A stretch of DNA of 64,000 nucleotides from Takakia lepidozioides (lineage: Eukaryota; Plantae; Bryophyta): the NCBI GenBank assembly GCA_030704615.1, contig CM060733.1, positions 22,568,001 to 22,632,000 of the forward strand, read 5' to 3'. The notes under the pieces are model-generated. The model searched no databases. It was not told the origin of the DNA and saw only the letters and a list, made by a program, of their open reading frames with translations. Position numbers and translations under genes: made by a program. This document shows, in pieces, positions 24,557-37,100 of the stretch (its first letter is position 1; every line of letters begins with the position of its first letter).

Positions 24557-24704
24557 AGGGGTACAGTGGTATCCATGACAAACCCCTGCAGCATGATTTG
24601 CATGTTGAACCGCAAGAGCAGTCACGGGCTGCACCAGTGTTACGAACGGAGTATGGAACACTTGTCGCTAGGCCCAGTATATATGACCGAGGTGGGCAAA
24701 ACAA

Positions 24705-25030
24705 ACGTGACACAGCCTATCACAGCCCATCAAGGCGCAACACAGCCTATCACAGCCCATCACGGCGTGACACAGCCTATCACAGCCCATCACGGCGTGA
24801 CACAGCCTATCACAGCCCATCACGGCGTGACACAGCCTATCACAGCCCATCACGGCGTGACACAGCCCAGCACGGCGTGACACAGCCTATCACAGCCCGT
24901 CACGACGTGACACAGCCTATCACAACCTACCGCAGCGTGTCACAGCCTATCACAGCTTACCACAGTGCAACACAGCCTATCACAGCGTAACACAGTATGA
25001 CACAGCCTGTCACAGCTCAACACAGCCTAC
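24705..25030 (+). repeat. 30-bp tandem repeat (CACAGCCTATCACAGCCCATCACGGCGTGA) encoding TAYHSPSRRD
   Basis: Direct inspection. Also present at ~39475-39840 and 1-60. Confidence 0.93.
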
Positions 25031-25087
25031 TAAAGTTACACGATCCATAGAATCAGTGACAAGTGGACACATAATAACTTCAGGAAA

Positions 25088-28000
25088 ATGGATGAAGGAA
25101 GAAGAAACGGAAATTATTTAAAAATAGACACGTGGAGGTCAGGGTGCGACACACAGCAGAGAATGAAGTGCAAGGACAGGTGTCAAAAAGAAAGAGGACA
25201 AGAACGGCCGTCAAAAGGGATGAAAGGCGGGCCCATTAATGAATACGGAAAAAAGGAAACAGAACGAACGGCAAGTACAGAAAAACTGAATTCATGTCGC
25301 ATGTGTGATCCTAGTGGACTATCCAACAGGGAAAGTCCACTAAAGAAGATAAAAGTTAAAATCCAGTCACAGCGGATACAGCCAATAGAAAACCAGAGAA
25401 ATGATCAAGAAAATGGAGGGAAATTGAGCGCAAGAGGCGGCGTCGTTCTGAGTAACGGGCGTCTCGACAGGACAGGCCATAAATGCTATAACTTGGAAAC
25501 TATGGAGGAACTAACAGACTATACGCTCGCAATATTACTTACGCAATGGCAGAGACACGAAACGAAAGAGCAGAGCTTTTCTCTTGAACAATGCTTGCAA
25601 GCCCCGCAGGCTTACAAGAGATTACCCATAGCTTTCTGCGGCAACCATACGTTTCTGCTTTGTGCACTACAGGCATTCCTGCAGTTGTTACAGCCAAAGC
25701 AGTTCTGTGAGTCTAAGATGAAGAGAGTGAGAGGAATGGAGGAAATCAGGGTGAAGAGCACCACAATTCTGCAGAAACAAACGATGGCTACCCCACAGGC
25801 GATAAAGATACTGAAGGAGCTGAGATTGGAAGGATTGCAAAGCATGGATTGGACACTACACCATAGACAGTACATGTTACAATTTTTGCAGAACTTTGAG
25901 CCAAAGACAGGAACAACAACGGTGAAGGGAGTTGAATTAATGATTACTCCCCTATACCTCCAGCAATTGTTTCGATTGCCAGCAGGTCATGTGTATGTGG
26001 AGGAACACAGGGAAAGACTGCAAATAGGGGATTTATTCCAAGAAGGGAGTTTCTTTAAAACTCAGGGTTATGCTTGTACCAAAGCTGTGTACCCAGGGTT
26101 AAAAGACATAGGCCAAGTATTGAACGTTCTGATTGCCCTGAAACAGAACCAACAATATTTGAGCAGATCCTTCACAGAGGAAATCCTCAAAGGCTTGAAG
26201 GGACAAGAGGTACCATGGGCGGACATAATGTACAACGCACTGGTAGAGGAGATGAAAAGATTACAAGGTACTACCGCAAAATCTCCTATCATAGTGTCTG
26301 GCCCAATCATTGCTCAAATAATCCTTGATTCTCGCATACTTAATGCACAAGAAAGGAAGGAAATGGGAGTGTTTGAGCCAGAAACAACTGCAATGGAAGA
26401 GCAAGGCTCTTCACACAGTGAGGGTGGACTAGCAGCACAACCCGAGACTAAGAGGCAGAGAAGGGGAAAGACTGTAGTGGCAGATCCACTGGCTTCACGG
26501 ATTCCGCATGATAATGTTTCCCAAGCTCATGACCAGGAAGGGGCACAGCAGCACAAAAGAATGTTATTACTGGAAGCAGGACCTTCAGAGAGGGAGGAAG
26601 AAGTTACTTCTGCATCACAACCAACACAGCCACTTGAACGACTTGTCACAAGGTCACAAGTTATCCATGCAGCTCAACCCGAAATAATTGATTTGGAAAG
26701 TGAAGGGATAGATATTCCAACTACAGAACAGATAGTGGCAGAAATAGAGAAAGGGGACCTTCTCTATGAATATTCTGGTCTGGTCAAGCAGACAGAAATC
26801 CCAGAGGTGCAACAGTTGCCCAAGAGAAATCCTGAGGTACATATAATGCACACACCTGTGTCGGAGGTACCACAGGCGGAAGGCCATGACACTGTAGCAC
26901 CGGTCATAAATGAAGTAGTTCAGGAAGAAAATCCGGTGGGACAATGGTCTGAATGGTTAGTGAGACATCATACTGTTGAAGATCAGGAGGAACAGCAGCA
27001 ACCTCACCATGATGACCCTCAACAGGCAATGCTGATGAGTTCCATAGGCAGGACACTTAATTTGTTGGGGACTTATGTCAAAACCCATGTTCCAATTACC
27101 CAATTGACAGCCTTGAAAGAAGAACTCAGGAAGGAGTTTGAGGCTCGACTTGCCACTGAGTGTGCAAACAAGGTCGATGAAGAGGTCACTCTCAAGATGA
27201 AGCAGGACTTGGCCAATACAGAAATGGCTTTGCAATTGGCCAAGCAACAATTGATTGAGGCAGGCCTCGCGCAAGACCAGTTGCACGAAGCACATAAGCA
27301 ACAGCTATACCAAATGCAGGTGCAGCATGAAAGCAAGTTGCAAGAACTGAATGCACTACATACGGAGTTGCAGACAGTGCATAACAGGATGGCGATACAA
27401 TGCGCTACATTTACAACTATGCTTGACCAATCAACAAAAGAAATAAACAGTCAAGCGGAAAAATGTACGAAGGCAGAAGAAGAGAATGTGGAGCACATGA
27501 AGCTCATTGTCGATATGAAGAATACAATCTGTCGCAATGAAGATACTTTCAAGCAATACAGGCAGATGGAAGCTGAGCAAGAGAAATACATCGTGGAGTT
27601 GCAACAAACCATCGTGGCCAATAGAAATGAAATCGCGGTCAGTAACAAGGCTTCGAAAGAAGCCAATAATCTACTTGCTGCCTATGCGCAATTGGTTGAG
27701 CCACAGGCGAAGCGCATGAAGGCTTTACAACAGCAGTTGGAATTGTATAAGCTAAGAGAGGAGCAAACTCTCAGGGGAACCACAAGCAGCTTGGTGGATA
27801 ACAGCCTTATGCAGGTCTGGTTAGCACAAGGGCCAGTAGAAGGCAAAGCCCACGGAAGCTCACCCAAAGCGAGATGAATGAGCTTAGACTGCAGGTGCAG
27901 AACATTGCCACAACTACTATAGACAATGTCTATAGTAGGATAGCAGAGTTACAAGAGGATGTAGACGGACTCCAGACTCAAGTGGAAGACCTCACTTCAA

Positions 28001-29274
28001 ACATCGACCAAAGAGTCTATATCCCTCAGGAACAGCTAATGGCTTCTTATTTGCAAGCCAGAACTCTGGCTTTTCAGTCTTCACAGGAGGTGCAGGAGAT
28101 GCCAATGGTACAGGAACCAGTACCACCACCACCACAACAGGTCAGTGTACCAGTAGCTGAACCTGTGGTTACTACAACCACACCACAGCCACCACAGCCG
28201 GAGGTATGGGGCAATGCAGCTTTTAACCCACCTAAAACTCCAGCTGCCAGGGAGTACAGTAGGGCTATGATTATGCCCTTCAACCAAATTCCCATCATGT
28301 TGGATTTGGCTTGGAAAGAATTTAGTCCTCCGCAGTCATTCGCACATTACTACCAAATCATGCGTATTTGGCTGCCAGTGGCAACCAGGACTAAAGTTCT
28401 TCCAAACAATCGACATATTGAAGATCATCACTTTGCACAATACTGGCACGAGGCAGGTACCATGTTGAGGGAATTGGTTGCTTTCCAGGTTGTACATGGA
28501 CTCATTTATACCAAGACCAAGGAAATAGCAAGTATTGTCATGGGGTGCGGGCTATACTACGCTGCTTGTTTTCTGATACGTTACCACATTGAGCAACAAA
28601 AGATGCAAGCACGCTTTCAAAGTTACTCCAGTGGAGATCATTGGGTATTACCTTCGGTGCCACCTCATATGTACCTATATGACCCAAAAGTTATGATACA
28701 GAAGGATTCTCAAATTCGTTCATGGTTTCAAGCAGCCTGCAACAATTTGTCAACACAGAAATTCGGACTTGATGACATTTTCTATAAGGGACATATCGCA
28801 TGGAAATACTTGCACGCTGCACCAGTAATTGGTACCCCACTCATCTGGACAGACAAGGAGCTCAGTGTCTACACCAATTTTGCTGTTCAACGGTTACACC
28901 AGGTGTAAAATGCAAACTTCCAGACATGGTAGGACAGCATTGTATGCCCCAAGATGATTCCACAAAAAGTTCGAAAATTAAAACACCTGAGAGGCGATGA
29001 GGATTCTGATACAACTGTTTCTTCACAGAATTCTTTTGACATGGGAGAAGACTATGCAATTCAGATGGAAGAGAAGAAACAAAGGGGATCTCCTATGCCG
29101 GAAAGATTACCTCGATATCAGCCTCCAGAAGGCCTCACTTATCCAGGTAATGATCAACCATCTCCGTCAACCAGAGACAGACCTCGGGCTCGTACACACA
29201 GCCGCCACGAAACTCTCAACGTCAACAAGGTGCTCACTCACAAAGGGTTGCTACTCGGAAACAGTAAACCGTGA
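25088..29274 (+). CDS. Family A 3' extra coding region (Athila env-like/ORF2-type domain, coiled coil, unknown C-terminal domain); split into three ORFs by indels
   Basis: ORFs 25088-27877, 27874-28908 and 28954-29274 are joined across these breaks in copy 2. MLQFLQNF...TVKGVELMITP...LFRLP and VPWADIM resemble the 'putative plant transposon protein' domain. Long Q/E/L heptad region. Confidence 0.75.
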
Positions 29275-29288
29275 GGACACGGCTTTTT

Positions 29289-29302
29289 GAGGGAGGAAGG
29301 GG
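29289..29302 (+). promoter_or_regulatory. Polypurine tract
   Basis: GAGGGAGGAAGGGG, 4 nt before the 3' LTR. Confidence 0.9.
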
Positions 29303-29306
29303 TAAA

Positions 29307-30326
29307 TGTTAGAGGACTGTAGGGGACTTAGACACTTATACGGGATCTGTAGGGTACCCTTAATTTTTGCACAGACTGAGACAAACAGGAACCTTAGGGG
29401 TGACAGCAGCGCACTGTAGAGGGGGGTTACATAGCCCACACAGCCGACACAGCAGTCACAGCCCACACAGCCAACACAGCCGTCACAGTCCTCACAGCCC
29501 ACACAGCCCACACAGCCGTCACAGCCCACACAGCCCGTCACAGTCGTCACAGCCCACACAGCCCACACAGCCGTCACAGCCCACACAGCCCGTCACAGTC
29601 GTCACAGCCCACACAGCCCACACAGCCAGTCACAGCCCGGCACAGTCACACAGCCAGTCACAGCCCGACACAGCCAAACACAGCCAGTCACCGCTTGACA
29701 CAGCTGTCACGATAATAGGGAACGAAGAGTAGGACAGGGAACGACTGTGGGGAACAACACCTGTGAAGGGAACATGTTAGTTCACATACGACGGTTAGAG
29801 AGGGAAACGGTTAGAACCGCGGATAGGAGGATAAAGGGAAAAACGGGGAATGAAGAAGGGGATCATTATTCGGGGAGGACTTCGGAGTCAGGCGGGAGCG
29901 GAGATCGGAGAGCACGATGAAGGAGAAAAGAGGATTAGTAGATGCTTGTTATATGCAAAGCTGTAGTGATATTGTAGAGCAGATTAGAGACATAATGGCT
30001 TCGGCCTGATACCTGATAAATCATAATCTGACACTTATACGATACAATCACACTGTGTAGAGAGATCTGAGTGAAGCTGTGGATTGAATGGATTAGTGGA
30101 GGGAACCGATAAATCGATGAAGCAAACTGATACTTAATTATCAATGGTAAGGTAGCTAAGATGAATGCGGAAAGGGAAACAAATAGGAAACACCCCCATG
30201 ATACACTAGCTGTAGGTCATGACTGATTGTTCTGCGCGGGCTGAGTACTTAGAGATTTCCAACTCTTCTATCTTGGAGTTTCCGCCTCGGATAGCGAAGG
30301 GATGGGTGAGTAAAAGCCGCGCGACA
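29307..30326 (+). repeat. Family A 3' LTR (1020 bp)
   Basis: Matches the 5' LTR apart from microsatellite length and a handful of substitutions. Confidence 0.97.
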
Positions 30327-31299
30327 GCTTCTGTGTGTTGAAAGCGGTAACACGAAAGTGCATGGGTATTCTCCCTTTATAACGGTCACTAGCTGAGCGG
30401 CAGATTGAGAGCCGAGCATGGTGAAACGATCAGCATTATTGTTGTCTCGCAAGGTTGGGATGCAAGCCTTCATTGTGAAGATCATGGTGGTTAGAAGCGG
30501 AGGTGCAGTTGGTTACGCGAGTAGGTGGACCGTGGTCTTCGACATCAGCTGCAGAGATAAAAATACCATGCTATAGGTAATTCCTGAGCAGACTGATGGT
30601 TTCAGACCTGCATATAGTGAGCAGCCAAGGTGTTGGACTGGTTGATGGGCTCATGTCTACAAGTCGTTGTGCCAATGTTATATCGGTACTGATGACAAAC
30701 AATTTGGTGAAGTTGTTCATGGCATATATCATGGTGTGCAATCAATAAAGGCCGAGTTGAGAAGTTGGCTGGCTATCGTTGGTTTTCTTGGTCAGCGAGC
30801 AGGGACAGGCTGGCATGAAGCAGATTGTGCCATCGTTGGCTTTCATGTGGAATAGTTACAGCAGAACCGGTGGGAATAATTGTAGTAAAATAAGATCAAC
30901 AAGCAAGTGAGGCTTGGTGATTATGCTTGAGGAATTCGATCTTGGACGGGTCTGTAATAATTTTTTTTTTAAAACGAGCATGGATGAACTGGCCAAGTGG
31001 CGATGGTGCTGTCCTCGATTAGCTGTGGATTGCAATAGGACAAGGAGAGCAAGAATAGGGTGATTAAGGGGTGCAGACAACGACACCTAGTTCCATCAAG
31101 GCTTGGTTAAGGTCTCCAGGCCTCTTTGCATCCATCAACTGTGTGGCTAGAGCCCATAAAGCTTGACTATAGCTGATGTTTTGTTAGAAGATCTGGCTCG
31201 TAGCCTGCAGAGAACACAAATAACATTGCCATTCACCACTGGGACTGCATGCTAGAAAGTCATGGAGGCGATGGCACCTGCCGTGTGGTTGCCAGTGCA

Positions 31300-31690
31300 G
31301 AAGAGGTTGAGGGAGAAGCCATGAAGCAGCGTCAGCCGCGGTAGTTTGATCATCATCCTTCAACAAGTCGCTACATTCAGGTTCAGGCACTGCAGCAACG
31401 GAGTTGTTAACGCGGGCCTCTTTTACAACATTCGGACACTCAAAGAAAGGAGTGATTGATACATGCTCATGCCGACGGGCAAGTGTTGGCTGAATGGATA
31501 TCTGTGTCGCCTGAAACGCAAAGCGCGGCTACATCGTCCTTACAAGTGACAACGGCTTGAGCTAGCCCACACACCTCACACATCCACACACGCCAGCTTG
31601 TTTATGCCATGCACCTTGCCATCGCAACCTACACACAAAAATGTTGCATCTGCCCTGCAGTACATAGCCATGCTTGACGCATGACAAGAC
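31300..31690 (-). pseudogene. COL: CONSTANS-like double B-box gene fragment
   Basis: [32 protein letters not shown] / [35 protein letters not shown] / [17 protein letters not shown]...AASWLLPQP. Has a deletion and frameshifts; no CCT domain seen. Confidence 0.88.
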
Positions 31691-32366
31691 GTGTCTGTGG
31701 TAGCCAGGCTTCCTGAACGAGGGAGAAGGACGCCGGTGCACATTTGAGGACAGACAATCCCTACACAGCAACTCCCGAAGTTGAAGATTTCTCCAAAGAA
31801 CGAGCAGCAATGGCCATAGTTACCAAAACGGCTGGTACAGTTGTAACGACCATGCTTGCAAGATCGCATCTCGGATTTAACGAAACAGGTTCGGGATGAA
31901 CTGACTCCCTTGTCATTCCTTCCAGGATTCTTGCTGTGAGTGAGATCTTCACATGCTATAAGGGAGGCCGGACGGAGTGGATCGTAGCCCAAGATATTTT
32001 CGTGCTGGGAGCTCAAAAATGTGTTTATAGTGGAGAACTTAGAATTCGCAGGGAACTAGGGAACAGGGACCCAAGACGGATTATTGGAAATAGATTTTTC
32101 ATTTGAAAGACATATATTATGTTTAAAGAGCCTGTTTGGCCATAACTTTGTCATACAAAGGCTGTTTGACCTCAAATTTGTGCGAGGACCTGCAAATTGT
32201 GGAAATCTACATACTCATTGGTTTTAGTTTTTTGGACTTTGCTAAAAATCTATGGAATTTTTTGAGTGTGAGTGAGAGTGTGAGGGTGCTATGAAAGATC
32301 CACAATTTTGTTTCTAGAACCTATTGTGGTCTATATGAGAGACAAGTTTGTGGATGTCCTCCTTGT

Positions 32367-32936
32367 ATGGCTGGGGGCAATGAGGACGTAATTGAAGGGC
32401 AGGTCTCTTCTCTTAGCTTGTGCACACAAGGAGACAAAATTTATGTTTCTCAAGGAACTCAGACTGATTTGAGTGGAGAGCAGTTGGACGAGTTGATTGC
32501 ATACTGGGAGTCAGGCATTAGCAAAAGACAGCAAACTGTTGTAGTTGGCGTTGAGGGCCTCAATATTGCTTTGGACAGTCAGAACTCTGTTGGAGCAAGC
32601 AGTTCTGCAGCTGTAGGTGAAATACCAAAGTGGGTGGAAGCTAGGCTTGGAACACAACCAAAGACAGCCCCGGGGACCAAGGTGTACAGCCACAAGGCTG
32701 TGGTGTACTGGAGCAGAGGAGCAGGAGCTGCACAAGTTTTTGCAATCATACGTGGTTGCAGCCGGACACGCTCTGCACGAGGCAACCACGAGCGGGGGTT
32801 CATTAGCAACAAACAGTTTGTTCTATTTGAAGGAGATGTAGTCATTCGCAACGAGGACACTCGCAACCGTCTCAAAGCTTTCGAGTTGAGAGACTGTCAG
32901 ACCCTACCTTTATTTGCTTCAGTGAGTGGGAGATAG
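32367..32936 (+). CDS. Hypothetical 189-aa ORF, probably TE-derived
   Basis: ATG-initiated and stop-free. No motif recognised. Confidence 0.3.
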   Translation: MAGGNEDVIEGQVSSLSLCTQGDKIYVSQGTQTDLSGEQLDELIAYWESGISKRQQTVVVGVEGLNIALDSQNSVGASSSAAVGEIPKWVEARLGTQPKTAPGTKVYSHKAVVYWSRGAGAAQVFAIIRGCSRTRSARGNHERGFISNKQFVLFEGDVVIRNEDTRNRLKAFELRDCQTLPLFASVSGR

Positions 32937-33180
32937 GGGAGTATTGCTTTGTCTCTACCTGGCAGAGAGAGGAGGAGGGTTGGTTAGAGCGAGCTACTGT
33001 AGCTTGGGATAAGGTTAGTGGCAGGTTTCTGGACATAGATATACCTCTCACACCTTACCATCATGCAGAGCGAGGCACTTGGAGAGAAGTTTGGTAGTTG
33101 ATAGCATAGATCAGGATTAGATCTTGCTTGGTCGGGCCTCTATTCTTCCCCTCCCTCTCTTTACTATTTCCCTTTGTACT

Positions 33181-34190
33181 TGTAGTTGCCAAAGCCTCTC
33201 TTGGTGGAGGCCAGTCAGTTCGGGGTTTTAAGGCTGGGGTATTCTGCAGGAGTAGCACTGCGGAAGGATTTTGGTGTGGGGGTGTTGATGTTTTGGTTTC
33301 TTGTGTTTGGATCCCCCCCACACCTGCATGCTTGATTGTGCGCCATGTTGGTTTTGTGTGGGCGCTTGCTTTCATAGGGATTAGGCCGGATTTGATCACC
33401 GGTCAATCCTAGAGTATGCTGTCGGTGGTGAGGCTGGAGTGATGACCAGAGGCAAGCCGTCAGGCAAGGCTTCCTCAGTCATTCACATTGGCGGAGACAG
33501 TGTCGACGCCATCCATGGCACCTAGTTCTCGCCCGACTGTTACCGAGGCGGAGGTTACTATGCCATTGGGGAGAGCTACACGTGCAGCACTGACACCTGC
33601 TACCAAGGCTAGTGCAGCCGGTGTGTTATTGGGGGCAGCCACCTCTGTGTGTCAAGCCCCACTGTTCTCGGCAACCATGATTGCGACGCCGGGGGTAAAA
33701 CCAGCTGCAGTGTTCAGACTAGCAGCAACACTCTGCGAGAGTGGGGAGGTCACTTCATCTTCTGCGGAGTTACTGGAAGGTGTAGTGGCAGAGGGATCCT
33801 CGGATTTCAGGGTCAAGACTGCCACGGCTGCGCCATGGCAAGCTGCAACTGCCAGGTTGATGGAGCTGCCAGCTAGGCCAGCCTTTGAGCGCGCCATGGT
33901 GACACCTGGAGTTGTCTTGTTAGACAACCAGGGAGGCATTTTCACTTTGAGTGGACCGGCAGGCAAGAAGTACCGGCCACTGCGGGTCTTGTTGGACTCA
34001 GGAGCTCAGCCACTGATGTTGGGCAAAGCTGTTATTGCATGTTTGGGCCTCATGGAGGCGGATGTGGAGCCTTGTCTTTTCCAGATACATACATCTCTGG
34101 GAGGATCAGAGCAGGCTCGGGGCATGACACGGCGTGAGTTGGCCATTGGACTACAACCAGATCATCCTGTAGATGGCTCAGTGATGCGAG
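33181..34190 (+). mobile_element. Family C retrotransposon chimeric piece: leader/putative LTR (33181-33449) joined to protease region (33450-34190)
   Basis: Homologous to 61440-61710 and 56945-57686 (reverse complement). RVLLDSGAQPLMLG protease motif. Cut at 34190 by a family A LTR. Confidence 0.85.
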
Positions 34191-37100
34191 TGTCGCGCGG
34201 CTTTACTCACCCATCCCTTCGCTATTCGAGGCGGAAACTCCAAGATTGAAGAGTTGGAAATCTCTAAGTACTCAGCCCGCGCAGAACAATCAGTCATGAC
34301 CTACAGCTAGTGTATCATGGGGGTGTTTCCTATTTGTTTCCCTTTTGGTATTCATGTTAACTATCTTACCATTGATAATTAAGTATCAGTTTGCTTTATC
34401 AGTCTATTGGATTCCATCAACTCATCCATTCATTCCACAGCTTCACTCAGATCTCTCTACACCGTGTGTTTGTATCGTAAAAGTATCCGATTATGATTTA
34501 TAAGGTATCAGGCCGAAGCCATTGTGTCTCTAATCTCCTTTACAATATCATTACAGCCTTGCCTATATCAAGCATCTACTCATCATCTCTCTATCTTCAC
34601 TTCCGTTCCTCATCTCTGCCCGATCCCCTCTCCTCTATCACCAAGAAGTCCTCCTCCGAATGATCTCTCACCAAGAAGTCCTCCTCCGAATGATCTCTCA
34701 CCAATTCCCCGTTTCTCCCTTTATCTTCCTATCCGCGGTTCTAACCGTTTCCCTCACTAACCGTCGTCTGTGAACTAACATGTTCCCTTTGCAGGTGTTG
34801 TTCCCCACAGTCGTTCCCTGTCCTACTCTTCGTTCCCTATGATCGTGACAGCTGTCAAGCTGTGACTGGCTGTGCGACTGTGTTTGGCTGTGTCGGGCTG
34901 TGACTGGCTGTGTGGCTGTGCCGGGCTGTGTCGGCTGTGTCTACTGTGACGACTGTGACGGGCTGTGTTGGCTGTGTTGGCTGTGACGACTGTGACGGGC
35001 TGTGTTGGCTGTGTCGGCTGTGACGGGCTGTGTTGGCTGTGACGACTGTGACGACTGTTTTGGGCTGTGTAACCCCCCTCTACAGTGCGCTGCTGTCACC
35101 CCTAAGGTTCCTCTTGGTCTCAGTCTGTGCAAAAATTAAGGGTACCCTACAGATCCCGTATAAGTGTCTAAGTCCCCGACAGTCCTCTAACATTTACCCC
35201 TTCCCCCCTCAAAAAGCCGTGTCCTCACGGTTTATTGATTTCGACTAGCAAACCTTTGTGAGTGAGCACCTTCTTGACGTTGAGAATTTCTTGGCGGACT
35301 GTGTGTACGAGCCCGAGGTCTGTCTCTGGTTGACGGAGATGGTTGATCACTACCTAGATAAGTGAGGCCTTCTGGAGGCTGATATCGAGGTAATCTTTCC
35401 GGCATAGGAGATCCCCTTCGCTTCTTCTCTTCCATCTGAATTGCATAGTCTTCTCCCATGTCAAAAGAATTCGGTGAAGAAACAGTTGTATCAGAATCCT
35501 CATCGCCTCTCAGGTGTTTTAATTTTCGAACTTTTTGTGTAATCATCTGGGGCATACAATGCTGTCCTACCATGTCTGGAAGTTTGTATTTTACAACATG
35601 GTGTAACCGTTGAACAGCAAAATTGGTGTAGACACTGAGCTCATTGACTGTCCAGGTGAGTGGGGTACCAATTACTGGTGCAGCGTGCAAGTACTTCCAT
35701 GCCACGTGTCCCTTATAGAAAATGTCATCAATGCCGAATTTCTGTGTTTGACAAATGGTTCCAGGCCGCTTGAAACCATGAACGAATTTGAGAATCCTTT
35801 TGCATCATAACTTTTGGGTCATATAGGTACATATGAGGTGGCACCGAAGGTAATACCCAATGATCTCCACTGGAATAACTTTGAAAGCGTGTTTGCATCT
35901 TTTGTTGCTCAATGTGGTATCGTACCAGAAAACAAGCAGCGTAGTATAACCCGCACCCCATGACAATACTTGCTATCTCCTTGGTCTTGGTATAAATGAG
36001 TCCATGTACAACCTGGAAAGCAATCAATTCCCTCAACATGGTACCTGCTTCGTGCCAGTATTGTGCAAAGTGATGATCTTCAATATGTCGATTGTTCGGA
36101 AGAACTTTAGTCCTAGTTGCCACTAGCAGCCATATACGCATGATTTGGTAGTAATGTGCGAATGACTGCGGAGGACTAAATTCTTTCCAAGCCAAATCCA
36201 ACATGATGGGAATTTGGTTGAAGGGCATAATCATAGCCCTACTGTACTCCCTTGCAGCTAGAGTTTTAGGTGGGTTAAAAGCGACATTGCCCCATACCTC
36301 CGGCTGTGGTGGCTGTGGTGTGGTTGTAGTAACCACAAGTTCAGCTATTGGTACAGTGACTTGTTGTGGTGGTGGTGGTACTGGCTCTTGTATCATTGGC
36401 ATCTCCTGCCCCTCCTGTGAAGACTGAAAAGCCAAAGTTCTGGCTTGTAAATAAGAAGCCATTAGCTGTTCCTGAGGGATATAGACTCTTTGGTCGATGT
36501 TTGAAGTGAGTTCTTCCACTTGAGTCTGGAGTCCGTCTACATCCTCTTGTAACTCTGCTATCCTACTATAGACATTGTCTATAGTAGTTGTGGCAATGTT
36601 CTGCACCTGCATCCTGAGCTCATTCATCTCGCTTTGGGTGAGCTTTCGTGGTGCTTTGCCCTCTACTGGCCCTTGTGCTAACCAGACCTGCATAAGGGTG
36701 TTATCCACCAAGTTGCTTGTGGTTCCCCTGAGAGTTTCCTCCTCTCTTAGCTTGTACAATTCCAACTGCTGTTGTAAAGCCTCCATGCGCTTCGCCTGAG
36801 GTTCAACCAATTGCGCATAAGCAGCAAGTAGATTATTGGCTTCCTTCCAAGCCTTGTTATTGACCGCGATTTCATTTCTATTGGCCATGATGGTTTGTTG
36901 CAACTCCACGATGTGCTTCTCTTGATCAGCTTCAATTTGTCTGTATTGCTTGAAAGTATCTTCATTGCGACAGATTGTATTCTTCATATCGACAATGAGC
37001 TTCATTTGCTCAACATTCTCTTCTTCTGCCTTCGTACATTTTTCCGCTTGACTGTTTATTTCTTTTTGTAGATTGGTCAAGCATAGTTGTAAATGTAGCA

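Larger units (their letters stand above)
16958..30326 (+). mobile_element. Family A full-length Ty3/Gypsy LTR retrotransposon (non-chromovirus, Athila-like), 13.4 kb
   Basis: TG...CA LTRs, 5-bp TSD GCTTC (16953-16957 and 30327-30331), PBS, PPT, gag-PR-RT-RH-INT order, and a long 3' extra coding region. Confidence 0.97.

Noticed and set aside
27874-27877. ATGA stop-start coupling between extra ORFs
   Set aside because: Copy 2 is continuous here (GKAPRKLTQSEMNEL), so the overlap results from a 1-nt deletion in copy 1.
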